From an uncultured bacterium (lineage in GTDB: Bacteria > Pseudomonadota > Gammaproteobacteria > Xanthomonadales > Rhodanobacteraceae): a stretch of 64,000 nucleotides of DNA. The notes beneath the pieces are model-generated. The model ran no database searches and was not told the DNA's origin. It saw only the letters and a program-made list of their open reading frames with translations. The DNA lies in assembly GCA_966424745.1 (NCBI GenBank), contig CBJLOV010000001.1, forward strand, positions 9,571 through 73,570, in the 5' to 3' direction. A program made the position numbers and the translations under genes. Below, in pieces: positions 1 to 11,426 of the stretch. Every line of letters begins with the position of its first letter. Within the stretch, counting starts at the first letter, position 1.

Positions 1-40
1 ACCTTGGAGAGCGGAATCAGATCGGCGCCCATGGCCTGCC

Positions 41-697
41 CTACGCCGCCTCCGGCCGCACGGGAAATTTCAGGATCTGCGCGTGCTTCGATACCGCCGC
101 AGCATTGCCCTCGACCCGCGACGGGCATGCGCTTGCGCGCTCGATGGCGCCGGCAAGCATCTCGCCGGGCTCGACCAGATCGAGCGCGACGCCCGCGGCG
201 GCCGCTTCCTCGGCCAGGGCCGCGAAGTAGCTCCTGATCGCGCCCTGCGCCGCGCGATGCGCCGCCGTACCCGGAACGAAGCCGGCGTCGGCCGCGACGA
301 TCTGCACGAAGCGCCCCGCCCCCTGTTCGCGCAGGACCGGCAACACGGCATGCAGGACACCGACGGTGTGGAAGAAGTCGGTTTCGAACCGGGCGCGCAA
401 ATCCGTATCGGTCATTTCCGCGACCGGAGCGGCGCCGGCCTCGCCGGCGTTGTTGACGACGACGTCGATCCGGCCGAACGCGGCCAGGCCGGCGTTGACC
501 GCGGCGTAAACGCTGGCCTCGTCGGCCGCGTCGAAACCGACGACGCGCACGCGCGCGCTGCTGCGGCCGGAGAGAAGAGCGAGCCGGCCGGGCTCGCGCG
601 AGCCGGCGAAGACGCGGCAGCCAGTGCGCAGAACCGCGTCGGCAAGCGCGCGGCCGAAACCACACACAGTATCGTCGCTCAACCAGACCTGGGACAT
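41..697 (-). CDS. SDR-fold (short-chain dehydrogenase/reductase-like) protein, atypical active site
   Basis: ORF 41..739 trimmed to the ATG at 695-697 (MSQVWLS...). It has the Rossmann-like N-terminus and the NNAG motif (VVVNNAGEAG). At the position of the classical S...YxxxK triad the sequence reads VAADAG...HRAAQ. Confidence 0.7.
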   Translation of the reverse strand: MSQVWLSDDTVCGFGRALADAVLRTGCRVFAGSREPGRLALLSGRSSARVRVVGFDAADEASVYAAVNAGLAAFGRIDVVVNNAGEAGAAPVAEMTDTDLRARFETDFFHTVGVLHAVLPVLREQGAGRFVQIVAADAGFVPGTAAHRAAQGAIRSYFAALAEEAAAAGVALDLVEPGEMLAGAIERASACPSRVEGNAAAVSKHAQILKFPVRPEAA

Positions 698-818
698 GCG
701 AATTCCTCGTTTGCGAATCGGCCCAATGCCGCGCTGCAAACTATAGGAACTCGGCGCGACCGGGAAAAATCCGATCGCGCCAAGCAGTCATCCGATTACG
801 CCACCCATTTCGCACTTT

Positions 819-3521
819 TCAAAGCAGGCCGAAACGTCGGACCATCCAGGTCTTCACCGCCTGGGTCAGGCACATGTAGGCGACCAGGATCGCAGCGAGG
901 ATCGGCCACCAGGATCCGGGCAGCGGCGAGAAGCCGAACCAGGCGCCGATCGGCAGCGCCGTGAGCAAAATGCCGACCAGGCAGATCACGACGCCCGCCA
1001 CGGTCAGCGGCAGGCTGGCGCGGCTTTGCAGGAACGGGATCTTGCCGGTGCGGATCACGTGCACGATCAGGGTCTGCGAGAGCAGCGACTCGATGAACCA
1101 GCCGGTCTGGAACAGGCCGGCGTGGGCCGGCGTGTTCGCGCCGATCACGAACCAGAGCACGGCGAAGGTGACGTAGTCGAAGATCGAAGAGATCGGGCCG
1201 ATGCCGATCATGAAGCGTGCGATGCCTTTCAAATCCCACTGGCGCGGCTTGGCCAGATACTCCTGATCGACCTCGTCGGAGGCGACCGCGGTCTGCGAGA
1301 AGTCGTAGAGCAGATTGTTCAGCAGGATTTGCACCGGCAGCATCGGCAGGAACGGCAGCAGCACCGAGGCGCCGATCATCGAGAACATGTTGCCGAAGTT
1401 CGACGAGGCGGTCATCTTGATGTACTTCAGGATATTGCCGAACACCTTGCGGCCTTCGAGCACGCCTTCCTCGAGCACGAGCAGGCTCTTTTCGAGCAGG
1501 ATGATGTCGGCCGATTCCTTGGCGATATCGACCGCGGTATCGACCGAGATACCCACGTCGGCGGCGCGCAGCGCCGGACCGTCGTTGATGCCGTCGCCCA
1601 TGAAACCGACGACGTGGCCGTCGCGGTGCAGAGCCTCGACCACGCGCACCTTCTGCTGCGGATTCAAACGGGCGAACACGGGCGTGTCGCGCGTGGCGAG
1701 CATCAGCTCCTCGTCGCTCATCGCCTCGATCTTCGGCCCGGTCAGCCACTTGTCGACGTGGATGCCGACCTGGCGACAGACGTTGCGCGTGACCGTGTCG
1801 TTGTCGCCGGTGAGGATCTTCACCGCGACGCCGTTGGCGTTGAGCGCCTGGATCGCATCGGCCGCCGAATCCTTGGGCGGGTCGAGGAAGGCGACGAAGC
1901 CCATCATGGTCAGGTCTTTTTCATCGTCGCGCGAATAAGCCGCCTTCGCCTCGATCTCGCGCACGCCGAGCGCGAGCGCACGGAAGCCGTCCTCGTTCAT
2001 CTCGTGCGCGACCGCCTTCACCTCGGCAAGATGCTGCGGCGTCATCGGCTTGTAGTCGTCCTCGAACGCGAGGCTCGAACACACGGCCAGCGTTTCGGCG
2101 ACCGCCCCCTTGGAAATGATGAAGTGCTTGCCCGCCTTGTTCCTGACGATCACCGACATGCGCCGGCGGGTGAAGTCGAACGGCACTTCGTCGACGAGGG
2201 TGTACTCGGCGTGCAGGTGCTGCACGGTCTCGGCGTTGACCGCTTCGAGCACGGCCACGTCGAGCAGGTTGCGCAGGCCGGTCTGGTGATAGCTGTTGAG
2301 CCACGCGAACTCGAGCACGCGCTCGTTCTCGTCGCCGTAGATGTCGGTGTGGCGTTCGAGGATGACGCGGTCCTGGGTCAGCGTGCCGGTCTTGTCGGTG
2401 CAGAGCACGTCGATCGCGCCGAAGTTCTGGATCGCGTTGAGGCGTTTGACGATGACGTCCTTCTTCGCCATCTTCAGCGCGCCCTTGGCGAGGTTGATCG
2501 CCACGATCATCGGCAGCATCTCGGGAGTCAGGCCCACGGCCACCGCGACCGCGAACATGAAGGCTTCGAACCAGCTGCCCTTGGTGACGCCGTTGATCAG
2601 GAAGACGATCGGCACCATGACCGCCATGAAGCGGATCATCAGCCAGGCGAAGCGCGACACGCCCTTGTCGAAGCTGGTCTCCACGCGCTGGCCGACGAGC
2701 GAGCCGGCGAGCGCGCCGAAATAGGTGTTGGCTCCGGTTGCGGCGATGACCGCGGTGGCGCTGCCCGAAACGATGTTCGAGCCCATGAAGCACAGCGATT
2801 TCGCTTCGAGCGCGGTCTTGGCGTCGCCGTCGGCGGCGCAGAATTTCTCGACCGGCATCGATTCGCCGGTCAGCGCCGACTGGTTGACGAACAGGTCCGT
2901 GGCGCTGATCAGACGCAGGTCGGCCGGCACCATGTCGCCGGCGGAGAGAAACACCAGATCGCCCGGCACGAGCGAAGCGAGCGGCACCTCGACCTTCTTC
3001 ACCACGCGCACCGGCGGAGCATCCTCGTCGGCGCCGGGCGCCGCCTCGTCGACCTCGCGCTTGGCCGTCGCCGTGTTGCTGACCATGCGCCGCAGCTGCT
3101 CGACCGCGTTGCTCGAACGCGCTTCCTGGAAGTGCGCGACGAACACGGCCATGACGACCATGGCGAACATGATCACCGCGCCGATCTTGTCGCTCGTCTC
3201 TTCGCCCGTGAACCAGGTGATCAGGGCGAGCGCGGTGAGCAGGATGTTGATCGGGTTGGTGATGAAGCGTTCGCCGATTTCGAGCAGGAAAGGCTTTTTC
3301 TTCTCCTGCGCGACGACGTTCGGCCCGTACTGCTCGAGCCGCTCGGCGACCTGCTCCGGGTTGAGCGCCTGCCCGCCCGGATTGAGCTTGTCCAGAGCGT
3401 CGTCGGGATTCAGATGAGCCAGCGCAAGCAGTTCGGACGCGATGCGCGCCGCCGCTTCGTTCTTTGCGCCGTTGCGGCCGTTGCCGCCGATCAGCATTGC
3501 CGCGATCGAGAGTTTCAGCAT
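819..3521 (-). CDS. mgtA: Mg2+-importing P-type ATPase (MgtA/MgtB family)
   Basis: About 900 aa. P-type signatures are present: DKTGTLT phosphorylation site, TGES, MGDGINDGPAL, and a 10-TM layout. The N-terminus (QYGPNVVAQEKKKPF) is typical of MgtA. Start is taken at the ATG 3519-3521 (MLKLS) with GGGAAG upstream; the upstream alternative start at 3551 is possible. Confidence 0.9.
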   Translation of the reverse strand: MLKLSIAAMLIGGNGRNGAKNEAAARIASELLALAHLNPDDALDKLNPGGQALNPEQVAERLEQYGPNVVAQEKKKPFLLEIGERFITNPINILLTALALITWFTGEETSDKIGAVIMFAMVVMAVFVAHFQEARSSNAVEQLRRMVSNTATAKREVDEAAPGADEDAPPVRVVKKVEVPLASLVPGDLVFLSAGDMVPADLRLISATDLFVNQSALTGESMPVEKFCAADGDAKTALEAKSLCFMGSNIVSGSATAVIAATGANTYFGALAGSLVGQRVETSFDKGVSRFAWLMIRFMAVMVPIVFLINGVTKGSWFEAFMFAVAVAVGLTPEMLPMIVAINLAKGALKMAKKDVIVKRLNAIQNFGAIDVLCTDKTGTLTQDRVILERHTDIYGDENERVLEFAWLNSYHQTGLRNLLDVAVLEAVNAETVQHLHAEYTLVDEVPFDFTRRRMSVIVRNKAGKHFIISKGAVAETLAVCSSLAFEDDYKPMTPQHLAEVKAVAHEMNEDGFRALALGVREIEAKAAYSRDDEKDLTMMGFVAFLDPPKDSAADAIQALNANGVAVKILTGDNDTVTRNVCRQVGIHVDKWLTGPKIEAMSDEELMLATRDTPVFARLNPQQKVRVVEALHRDGHVVGFMGDGINDGPALRAADVGISVDTAVDIAKESADIILLEKSLLVLEEGVLEGRKVFGNILKYIKMTASSNFGNMFSMIGASVLLPFLPMLPVQILLNNLLYDFSQTAVASDEVDQEYLAKPRQWDLKGIARFMIGIGPISSIFDYVTFAVLWFVIGANTPAHAGLFQTGWFIESLLSQTLIVHVIRTGKIPFLQSRASLPLTVAGVVICLVGILLTALPIGAWFGFSPLPGSWWPILAAILVAYMCLTQAVKTWMVRRFGLL

Positions 3522-3822
3522 GAAAGGCTTCCCGTAATACAAATGGCACAAAATCGAGCAGCTTGCCCGGACTTCGTGACAGATCGGCGACGGGAACGCC
3601 CTTATCGGGGCGAAGGCATCGGCGCACCATCCGCTACGGGATAGCGCACCGCGAGGGGGAACTATCCGCGTGGAAAAGTCGGGTTGGCTGCAGTGGAGAA
3701 TCTACTGCAAGGGTCCACGGACGGACGTCCTCGGCAAGAAAGGTGCGCGCAAGTTAGTCGCGTGCGGCGCGCTTGTCAACGAGCAGCGAGCGAAGTCCCG
3801 AATCCGCCGCCGTGTTTCAGAA

Positions 3823-4050
3823 TCATCCCGCCCCCGCCGCCGATAATTCGCACACCGCCGGTTCGGGCGGCAGCGCCGCCGTCTCGCGCACGAGTTTCGA
3901 GTCGCCGGCAACGCGCCACTGCATCGGCGCCCCCTCGTAGATCGAAACGACGAGCGTCGACAGCGCGTCCGGACGGCATACCGGCGGCACCACGCCTGTG
4001 CGCGAGGAGGCGGCCAAAGCTGCCGCGGGATCACCGTTTGCTGCGCGCAT
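3823..4050 (-). CDS. hypothetical small protein (possible), between lpxK and mgtA
   Basis: ORF 3823..4098 minus strand. The 3' two-thirds (from VVPPVCRPDALSTLVVSIYEGAPMQWRV...) has very high third-position GC, like the real genes here. I recognise no family. The start is uncertain: ATG 4048-4050 or an internal GTG near 3993. Confidence 0.3.
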   Translation of the reverse strand: MRAANGDPAAALAASSRTGVVPPVCRPDALSTLVVSIYEGAPMQWRVAGDSKLVRETAALPPEPAVCELSAAGAG

Positions 4051-4108
4051 TCGAGACTTGAATGCCCGCGCCGCGACGGCGGCAGGACGGGACCGCACCG
4101 GGCAAAAT

Positions 4109-5101
4109 CTATAACCCGGTCGGTCCAGTGTGAAGATTCAGGGCGTCGAAGAACGAATCGGGCAGTTCGGCGCGCACCGGAACCTGCCAATCGGCCGGCC
4201 GCGCAAAGGCTCGGCATTTGATCGCGTCCTTGGCGGTCATCAGCACCGCAGCCGCATCGCCGAAATCGAGATCGCCCGCCGAGTAGGCGTGATGATCCGC
4301 AAACCGATGCTCGACGACGTCGATCCCCGCATCGCGCAGGGTCGCAAAGAAACGAGCCGGATTGCCGATGCCGGCGACGGCGTGGACGCGCTGCCCGACG
4401 AAATCGCGCAACGGCTTGCGCCGGGCCGGATCGGACAGCGACACGGCGGTGTCGCCGACCAGCCGCATCGAGACCTCGCCCCGCCCGGCGCGACCGCCGT
4501 TGCAGACGCGGAACCCGACCGAATCCAGGCGCGAGAGCGGGTCGCGCAGCGGCCCCGCGGGGAGCAGGAGTCCATTGCCGAAGCGACGCTCGCCGTCGAT
4601 GACGCAGATTTCCACGTCGCGGAACAGCGGAGGGTGCTGCAGACCGTCGTCGGCCACGATCACATCGCAGTCGTGCCGCGCGAGGAGCAGGCGCCCGGCC
4701 GCCACCCGGTCGCGGCCGACGGCGACCGGAACGCCGCTTGCCGCATGGATCAGCATCGGTTCGTCGCCGACGCGGGCGACTTCGCTCGACGCATCGAGCA
4801 GCTCGGGCTCGCGTCCGGAGCCGCCGTAGCCGCGGCTGACCACGCCGGGCCGGCGTCCGCGCGCACGCAGGGCCTCGACGAGGGCGATCACCAGCGGCGT
4901 CTTCCCCGTACCGCCGGCCGTGATGTTGCCGACGACGATCACCGGCACGGGCAACCGTTGCGGCTGCTTCCATCCCCAGGCATAGGGCGCACGATGCAGC
5001 GCGCGCAATCCGCGATAGACCGGAACGAGCGCGCGCAACCAGAACGGCGGCGGTTCGGTGCCGTACCAGATGTCGGGCAGTCGCTGCGAGAGTTTCATCA
5101 C
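4109..5101 (-). CDS. lpxK: tetraacyldisaccharide 4'-kinase
   Basis: N-terminus WYGTEPPPFWLRALVPVY..., and a P-loop VVGNITAGGTGKTP characteristic of LpxK. It lies directly downstream of msbA, as in many proteobacteria. Start is GTG 5099-5101 or the adjacent ATG 5096-5098. Confidence 0.9.
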   Translation of the reverse strand: MMKLSQRLPDIWYGTEPPPFWLRALVPVYRGLRALHRAPYAWGWKQPQRLPVPVIVVGNITAGGTGKTPLVIALVEALRARGRRPGVVSRGYGGSGREPELLDASSEVARVGDEPMLIHAASGVPVAVGRDRVAAGRLLLARHDCDVIVADDGLQHPPLFRDVEICVIDGERRFGNGLLLPAGPLRDPLSRLDSVGFRVCNGGRAGRGEVSMRLVGDTAVSLSDPARRKPLRDFVGQRVHAVAGIGNPARFFATLRDAGIDVVEHRFADHHAYSAGDLDFGDAAAVLMTAKDAIKCRAFARPADWQVPVRAELPDSFFDALNLHTGPTGL

Positions 5102-5151
5102 CTCAAGAACAAAAGCAGAGATAAACGGAATGCCGGCTCATGCCGGCACAA

Positions 5152-6905
<1,754 letters not shown>

Positions 6906-6909
<4 letters not shown>

Positions 6910-7349
6910 CGACTGCCGGGCGGTTTGGCCGCAGCGTCCTTGCTACGCGTCGTTGCGATCGACAGATGAGTGAAGCCGAGCTGGCCGAGCGCATCCATCG
7001 CGGTGACGACGGCCTGGTGCGGCGTCATCGCGTCGGCGCGCAGCAGGACCTGGCGGTCGCGGTTGTCGCCGGCGATGCGCGCGATCGCTTCCTTGAGCGT
7101 ATCCAGCGCCGGATTGAGCACTTCGTTGTTGTCGACGAAGTAGTGGCTGTTCGCGTCGACCATGATGACGAGCGCTTCATGCTGCACTTCGGTCGTCGTT
7201 TCCGACGCTTCGGGCAGGGTGACCTTCATCGCCGAATGCTGGACGAAGGTCGTGGTCATGACGAAGAACATCAGCAGGGTGAGCATCACGTCGATCAACG
7301 AGATCACGTTGATCTCGAAATCGTCCTGCCGGGTGGAGCCGAGCCGCAT
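6906..7349 (-). CDS. exbD: biopolymer transport protein ExbD/TolR family
   Basis: 147 aa with a single N-terminal TM (INVISLIDVMLTLLMFFV) and a periplasmic domain, typical of ExbD. It follows exbB with a 1-nt gap. Confidence 0.85.
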
Positions 7350-7350
7350 C

Positions 7351-8028
7351 TCAGGCGGTTTCCTGCGCGGCCGAAACCGCCGACGCCGGCTGCGGCCGCG
7401 CCGCGCGTGCCGGCACCGCGGCCTCGGAGTGCGCGGCCAGCTCGTCCATCAGCACGATCACGTCCTTCTCCATGTCGACGACATAGTCGCCGACGAGGCC
7501 GCGGAAGTAGCGATGGAAGAAATACGCCGGGATCGCCACGCACAAGCCGGTCGCCGTGCAGACCAGGGCCTGGCCGATGCCACCGGCCATCTTGAGCGGG
7601 TCGCCGACGCCGGAAACCATCACCGCGAAGAACATCTCGATCAGGCCGAACACGGTGCCGAGCAGGCCCAGCAGAGGCGAGATCAGCGCGATCGTGCCGA
7701 GCGTGTTGAGAAAGCGTTCGAGCCGGTGCACGACGTGGCGGCCGGTGTCCTCAACGCGCTCCTTCATGACTTCGCGCGAACGCATGCGCACGCTCAGCGC
7801 GGCAGCGAGGATTTCGCCGAGCGGCGAATTCTCGCGCAGGGTCTCCACGTGCTGCGGGTCGAGCTGACGGTTGCGCGCCCACTCCCGCACCTGGGCGGTC
7901 AGTCCGGGCGGAATCACGGAACTGCGGCGCAAGGTCCAGAAACGCTCGAGGATGATCGCGATCGTAATCGCCGAACAGATCAGGATGGGCACCATCGCCC
8001 AGCCGCCGGCCATCAGAATTTCCAGCAC
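7351..8028 (-). CDS. exbB: MotA/TolQ/ExbB proton-channel family protein
   Basis: 225 aa. MLEILMAGGWAMVPILICS...ILERFW N-terminus and a conserved C-terminal TM pair (GLLGTVFGLIEMF). GTG start with AGAGGA upstream. Confidence 0.85.
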   Translation of the reverse strand: MLEILMAGGWAMVPILICSAITIAIILERFWTLRRSSVIPPGLTAQVREWARNRQLDPQHVETLRENSPLGEILAAALSVRMRSREVMKERVEDTGRHVVHRLERFLNTLGTIALISPLLGLLGTVFGLIEMFFAVMVSGVGDPLKMAGGIGQALVCTATGLCVAIPAYFFHRYFRGLVGDYVVDMEKDVIVLMDELAAHSEAAVPARAARPQPASAVSAAQETA

Positions 8029-8150
8029 GCAACGTTCCTCTCGAGGGTTCCGCTTTCGCGGCGAATCATACCAGCGAATCGCCTGGGCTTTGTGCGTTTG
8101 GTGACGGCCTCGACGGATTCCCCGCGTTCAGCTCGCCGCGCGGGTGCCGC

Positions 8151-10478
8151 CTACTCGCGCCAGTACGGATGCCGATCGATGCGGCCCTGCTCGACCACCC
8201 GCGGCGCCGAGCCGGGGGCGAAGCGGATATCGACGAAGCCGCTTTGCGGCGTGACCAGCAGTTGCGCTCCGGCTGCGCGGTAGCGCGAGACGACGACCGG
8301 GTTCGGATGGTTGAAACGACTGCGGTAGCCGGACGAGAACAGCGCCGCCGTCGGCTTGAGCGCGTTGACGAACGCGGCACTCGAAGAGGTCTTGCTGCCG
8401 TGATGCGGGGCGGTCACCACGGTATGCGGCGCAATCGGGGCCAGTGCGGCGGCGACGTCCGCCTCGACCGCGGTGGTGATGTCGCCGGTGAGCACGAGCG
8501 AACTGCGCCCGCTGCGGACCTCGAGTACGCAGCAGCGGTCATTGTCCTTCGCCGACAGCGGCTCGCGCGGATGAACGATGCGGAACGCGACGCCGTTCCA
8601 GTTCCACGCTTCGCCGGCGAGGCATTGCGTCGAAGCCATCGGCAAGCGTTCCGGCTCGCCGCTCGACACGGCCGCCTCGGGGAAGGCGGCCAACACGGCG
8701 GACGCGCCTCCGGCATGGTCGTTGTCGCCGTGCGTGACGATGAGCCGATCGAGCGCGGCGACGCCGATCGCGCGCAGCGCCGGCACCACGGCGGCGTCGC
8801 TGAGATCGAAACCCGACGGGAAACGCGCCCCGGCGTCGTAGACGAGCGCATGGTCGCGCGTGCGCACGACGACCGAAAGCCCTTGCCCCACATCGATCAT
8901 GAGTGCTTGGAATTCGCCCTCGGCCAACGGCGAACGCGGCGGGATCAACAAGGGCAGAAACAGGGCCAGACCCAATGCGCGCGCCGGAACTCCGTGCGGC
9001 AGCAGCACCCAGACCGCGCCGAGCATCGCCAGCGCGAATGCCCACGCGCTCGGCTCGGGGAAATACCACATGGCGCCCGGCCAGGACGCCATCCGCTCGA
9101 GCAGCCACCACAAAGCTTGCATCGCCAGCCCGGCCAGCTTGAGCAGAGGAACACCGACGAAGGGAATCGGCATCTGCAGCAGAGCGCCGCCGACGCCGAC
9201 CGGAAGGATGAAGAAACACACGACCGGCACGGCGATCAGATTGGCGAGCGGTCCGATCAGCGAACTCTGCCCGAAGAACCAGATCGTCAGCGGCAGCAGG
9301 CCGAGACTGGCCACGCCTTGCGCGCTCACCATTTCGTGCCACCAGCGCCGGTGTTCGCCGCGGCCGCCCAGGCAAAACATCAGCCAGGCGACACCGACGA
9401 AGGACAGCCAGAATCCGGCGCTGAGCACGCACAGGGGATCGAGGGCGAGCAGCGCGATCACGGCGAAGGCGAGTCCGTGCACGGGTGCGCGCGCGCGGCG
9501 CACCAGGTTCGCCGTGAGCAGGACGCCGATCATCACCAGGGCGCGGCGCGTCGGCAGACCGAGACCCGAGATCGCCGCGTAGCCGACCGCGAAGAAGATG
9601 CTGGCCGTCGCTTCGATCAGCGGCGCCGGCCAGCGCAGGGTCAAACGCGGCATCAGCTTCCAGCCCAAACGCACGAGCAGCACGCCGAAACCGGCGAACA
9701 AGGCAATGTGCAGACCCGAAATGGCGATCAGGTGCGGGATGCCCGTGGCACGCGCAACGTCCCACTCGCGCTCGTCCATCGCTTGCTGATCACCGAACGC
9801 CAGCGCGCGCAGGACGCCGCTTTGCGCACCGGGACCGAGCGTATCGGCTATACCCTGCGAAATGCGCTGGCGCAGGCCCTCGACGCAGAACGCGCGCATT
9901 CCGCTTGCGCCGTTGTCCGCGTCCTCGCGCACATAACCCGTGGCCGTGATGCCTTCGCTCAATGCGTAGCGCTCGAAATCGAAGCCGCCCGGATTGATCA
10001 GGCCGCGCGGGCGCTTCAGACGCAGCCGCAACCGCCAGTTCTCGCAGGGCCGGATCGCCGGCGCCGTGTCGTACCAGCTCAAACGCAGCGCACCGTAAAC
10101 CGGTACGGGCCGGCCGGCACGCTCCGCCGAATACACCGCCAGATCGAAGCGCGTGGAATCTTCCGTGACGCGCGGCAATCCGCGGATCGTGCCGGTGACG
10201 ACGACGTCCTCGCCTTCGAGCGCGGCGGGCAGACGCGCAGACACGGCGAGGTCCGCACGCCAGACCGTCCAGGCTGCGCCGAGCAGGACGAAGCCGAGCC
10301 AGCGCCAGCGGCTGCGGAGCAAAGTCGAAGCGATGCCGACGACGGCAAGGCTCAACGTAACCCACAGCGGCGGCAGCGCAGTCAGAGCCTGCACGGCGAC
10401 CGCGCCGCACAGCAAGGCGACCGCGGCGGCGACGCTGAAAAAATCGCTCAGCGGAAATCGTCCTGGCTGAATCCGCAT
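8151..10478 (-). CDS. comEC: DNA internalization-related competence protein ComEC/Rec2
   Basis: Polytopic membrane domain (HLIAISGLHIA motif) followed by a C-terminal metallo-beta-lactamase domain (THGDNDHAGG). Start is placed at ATG 10476-10478, preceded by GGAGGG. The ORF track extends to a GTG at 10574. Confidence 0.85.
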   Translation of the reverse strand: MRIQPGRFPLSDFFSVAAAVALLCGAVAVQALTALPPLWVTLSLAVVGIASTLLRSRWRWLGFVLLGAAWTVWRADLAVSARLPAALEGEDVVVTGTIRGLPRVTEDSTRFDLAVYSAERAGRPVPVYGALRLSWYDTAPAIRPCENWRLRLRLKRPRGLINPGGFDFERYALSEGITATGYVREDADNGASGMRAFCVEGLRQRISQGIADTLGPGAQSGVLRALAFGDQQAMDEREWDVARATGIPHLIAISGLHIALFAGFGVLLVRLGWKLMPRLTLRWPAPLIEATASIFFAVGYAAISGLGLPTRRALVMIGVLLTANLVRRARAPVHGLAFAVIALLALDPLCVLSAGFWLSFVGVAWLMFCLGGRGEHRRWWHEMVSAQGVASLGLLPLTIWFFGQSSLIGPLANLIAVPVVCFFILPVGVGGALLQMPIPFVGVPLLKLAGLAMQALWWLLERMASWPGAMWYFPEPSAWAFALAMLGAVWVLLPHGVPARALGLALFLPLLIPPRSPLAEGEFQALMIDVGQGLSVVVRTRDHALVYDAGARFPSGFDLSDAAVVPALRAIGVAALDRLIVTHGDNDHAGGASAVLAAFPEAAVSSGEPERLPMASTQCLAGEAWNWNGVAFRIVHPREPLSAKDNDRCCVLEVRSGRSSLVLTGDITTAVEADVAAALAPIAPHTVVTAPHHGSKTSSSAAFVNALKPTAALFSSGYRSRFNHPNPVVVSRYRAAGAQLLVTPQSGFVDIRFAPGSAPRVVEQGRIDRHPYWRE

Positions 10479-10589
10479 TTCGAGTCCCTCCGCAACGGAA
10501 AGGACCGCGTGAAGATGGCGCCGAATCCATTCTTCCGCCGCTGGAGCCTTCCCTACCCCGGCTTTCCCCTCCACGATGGAAGGGAAACG

Positions 10590-11330
10590 TCAGCTATCTT
10601 GTCTTACTTCGCTCAATCCCCCGCCGTGCAATTCGAGCACACGATCCATGCGCCGCGCCAGGGCGTGATCGTGCGTGACCAGCACGAAGCTCGTGCCGAT
10701 CTCGCGGTTGAGCTCGAGCATCAACGCATAGACCTGCGCCGCGTTCTTCTCGTCGAGATTGCCCGTCGGCTCGTCGCCGAGCACGCAGGCCGGACGGGTG
10801 ACGAGCGCGCGCGCGACCGCACAGCGCTGGCGCTCGCCGCCGGACAATTCGCCCGGCTTGTGCGCCGCGCGGTGGGCAAGGCCGACGCGCTCGAGCAGCT
10901 CGTTGGCGCGCTGCCTCGCCTCGGCCACTTTCGTGCCGCGGATCAACAGCGGCATCGCGACGTTCTCCAGCGCGGTGAATTCCGGAAGCAGATGATGAAA
11001 CTGGTAGATGAAGCCGAGCGAGCGGTTGCGCACTTCGCCGCGCTCGCGATCGGACAGCTTCGACATCGTGCGGCCATCGACTTCGACTTCGCCCGAACTC
11101 AAGGTGTCGAGCCCGCCGAGAATGTGCAGCAGCGTGCTCTTGCCCGCCCCCGACGCGCCGACGATGGCCAGCGTCGAGGCACGCTTGAGCTCGAAGCTCA
11201 CGTTGTTGAGCACCTCGGTGCGCAGCTTGCCTTCGGCATAGGTCTTGGCGACGCCGGTTGCGCGCAGGACGATGTCGCCGTCGCGAGGGCCGGGGGCCGA
11301 GAGCCGAGGGCTGGTGGAAGTCATCGCCAT
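10590..11330 (-). CDS. lolD: lipoprotein-releasing ABC transporter ATP-binding protein
   Basis: Walker [12 protein letters not shown], signature LSGGERQR, Walker [12 protein letters not shown]. It lies directly downstream of the Lol permease gene. Start is ATG 11328-11330; the ORF track starts at a TTG at 11348. Confidence 0.85.
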   Translation of the reverse strand: MAMTSTSPRLSAPGPRDGDIVLRATGVAKTYAEGKLRTEVLNNVSFELKRASTLAIVGASGAGKSTLLHILGGLDTLSSGEVEVDGRTMSKLSDRERGEVRNRSLGFIYQFHHLLPEFTALENVAMPLLIRGTKVAEARQRANELLERVGLAHRAAHKPGELSGGERQRCAVARALVTRPACVLGDEPTGNLDEKNAAQVYALMLELNREIGTSFVLVTHDHALARRMDRVLELHGGGLSEVRQDS

Positions 11331-11426
11331 CTTCAATCGTTTTCCCAAATCGTCGCGGTAACGGCAAGGCGACCGGATCGCGGCGGTCTTGCACCAGCTC
11401 TCGGCCCTCGGCCCTCAACCCTGCTT

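Noticed and set aside
1026-3644. 872-aa plus-strand ORF antisense to mgtA
   Set aside because: It lies entirely opposite a gene with unambiguous P-type ATPase motifs. Its translation is Arg/His/Asp/Gly-rich low-complexity sequence, typical of shadow ORFs in GC-rich DNA.
3684-4061. Proline-rich plus-strand ORF (…NPPPCFRIIPPPPPIIRTPPV…), reminiscent of the Pro-rich leader peptides controlling mgt genes
   Set aside because: It is on the strand opposite to mgtA, so it cannot be a leader ORF of the mgtA transcript. It also overlaps the better-supported minus-strand small ORF.
10479-10574. N-terminal 32-aa extension of ComEC from a GTG at 10574
   Set aside because: The ATG at 10478 has a strong GGAGGG Shine-Dalgarno and leads straight into the first TM segment. 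The extension has no such support. The longer form cannot be excluded.
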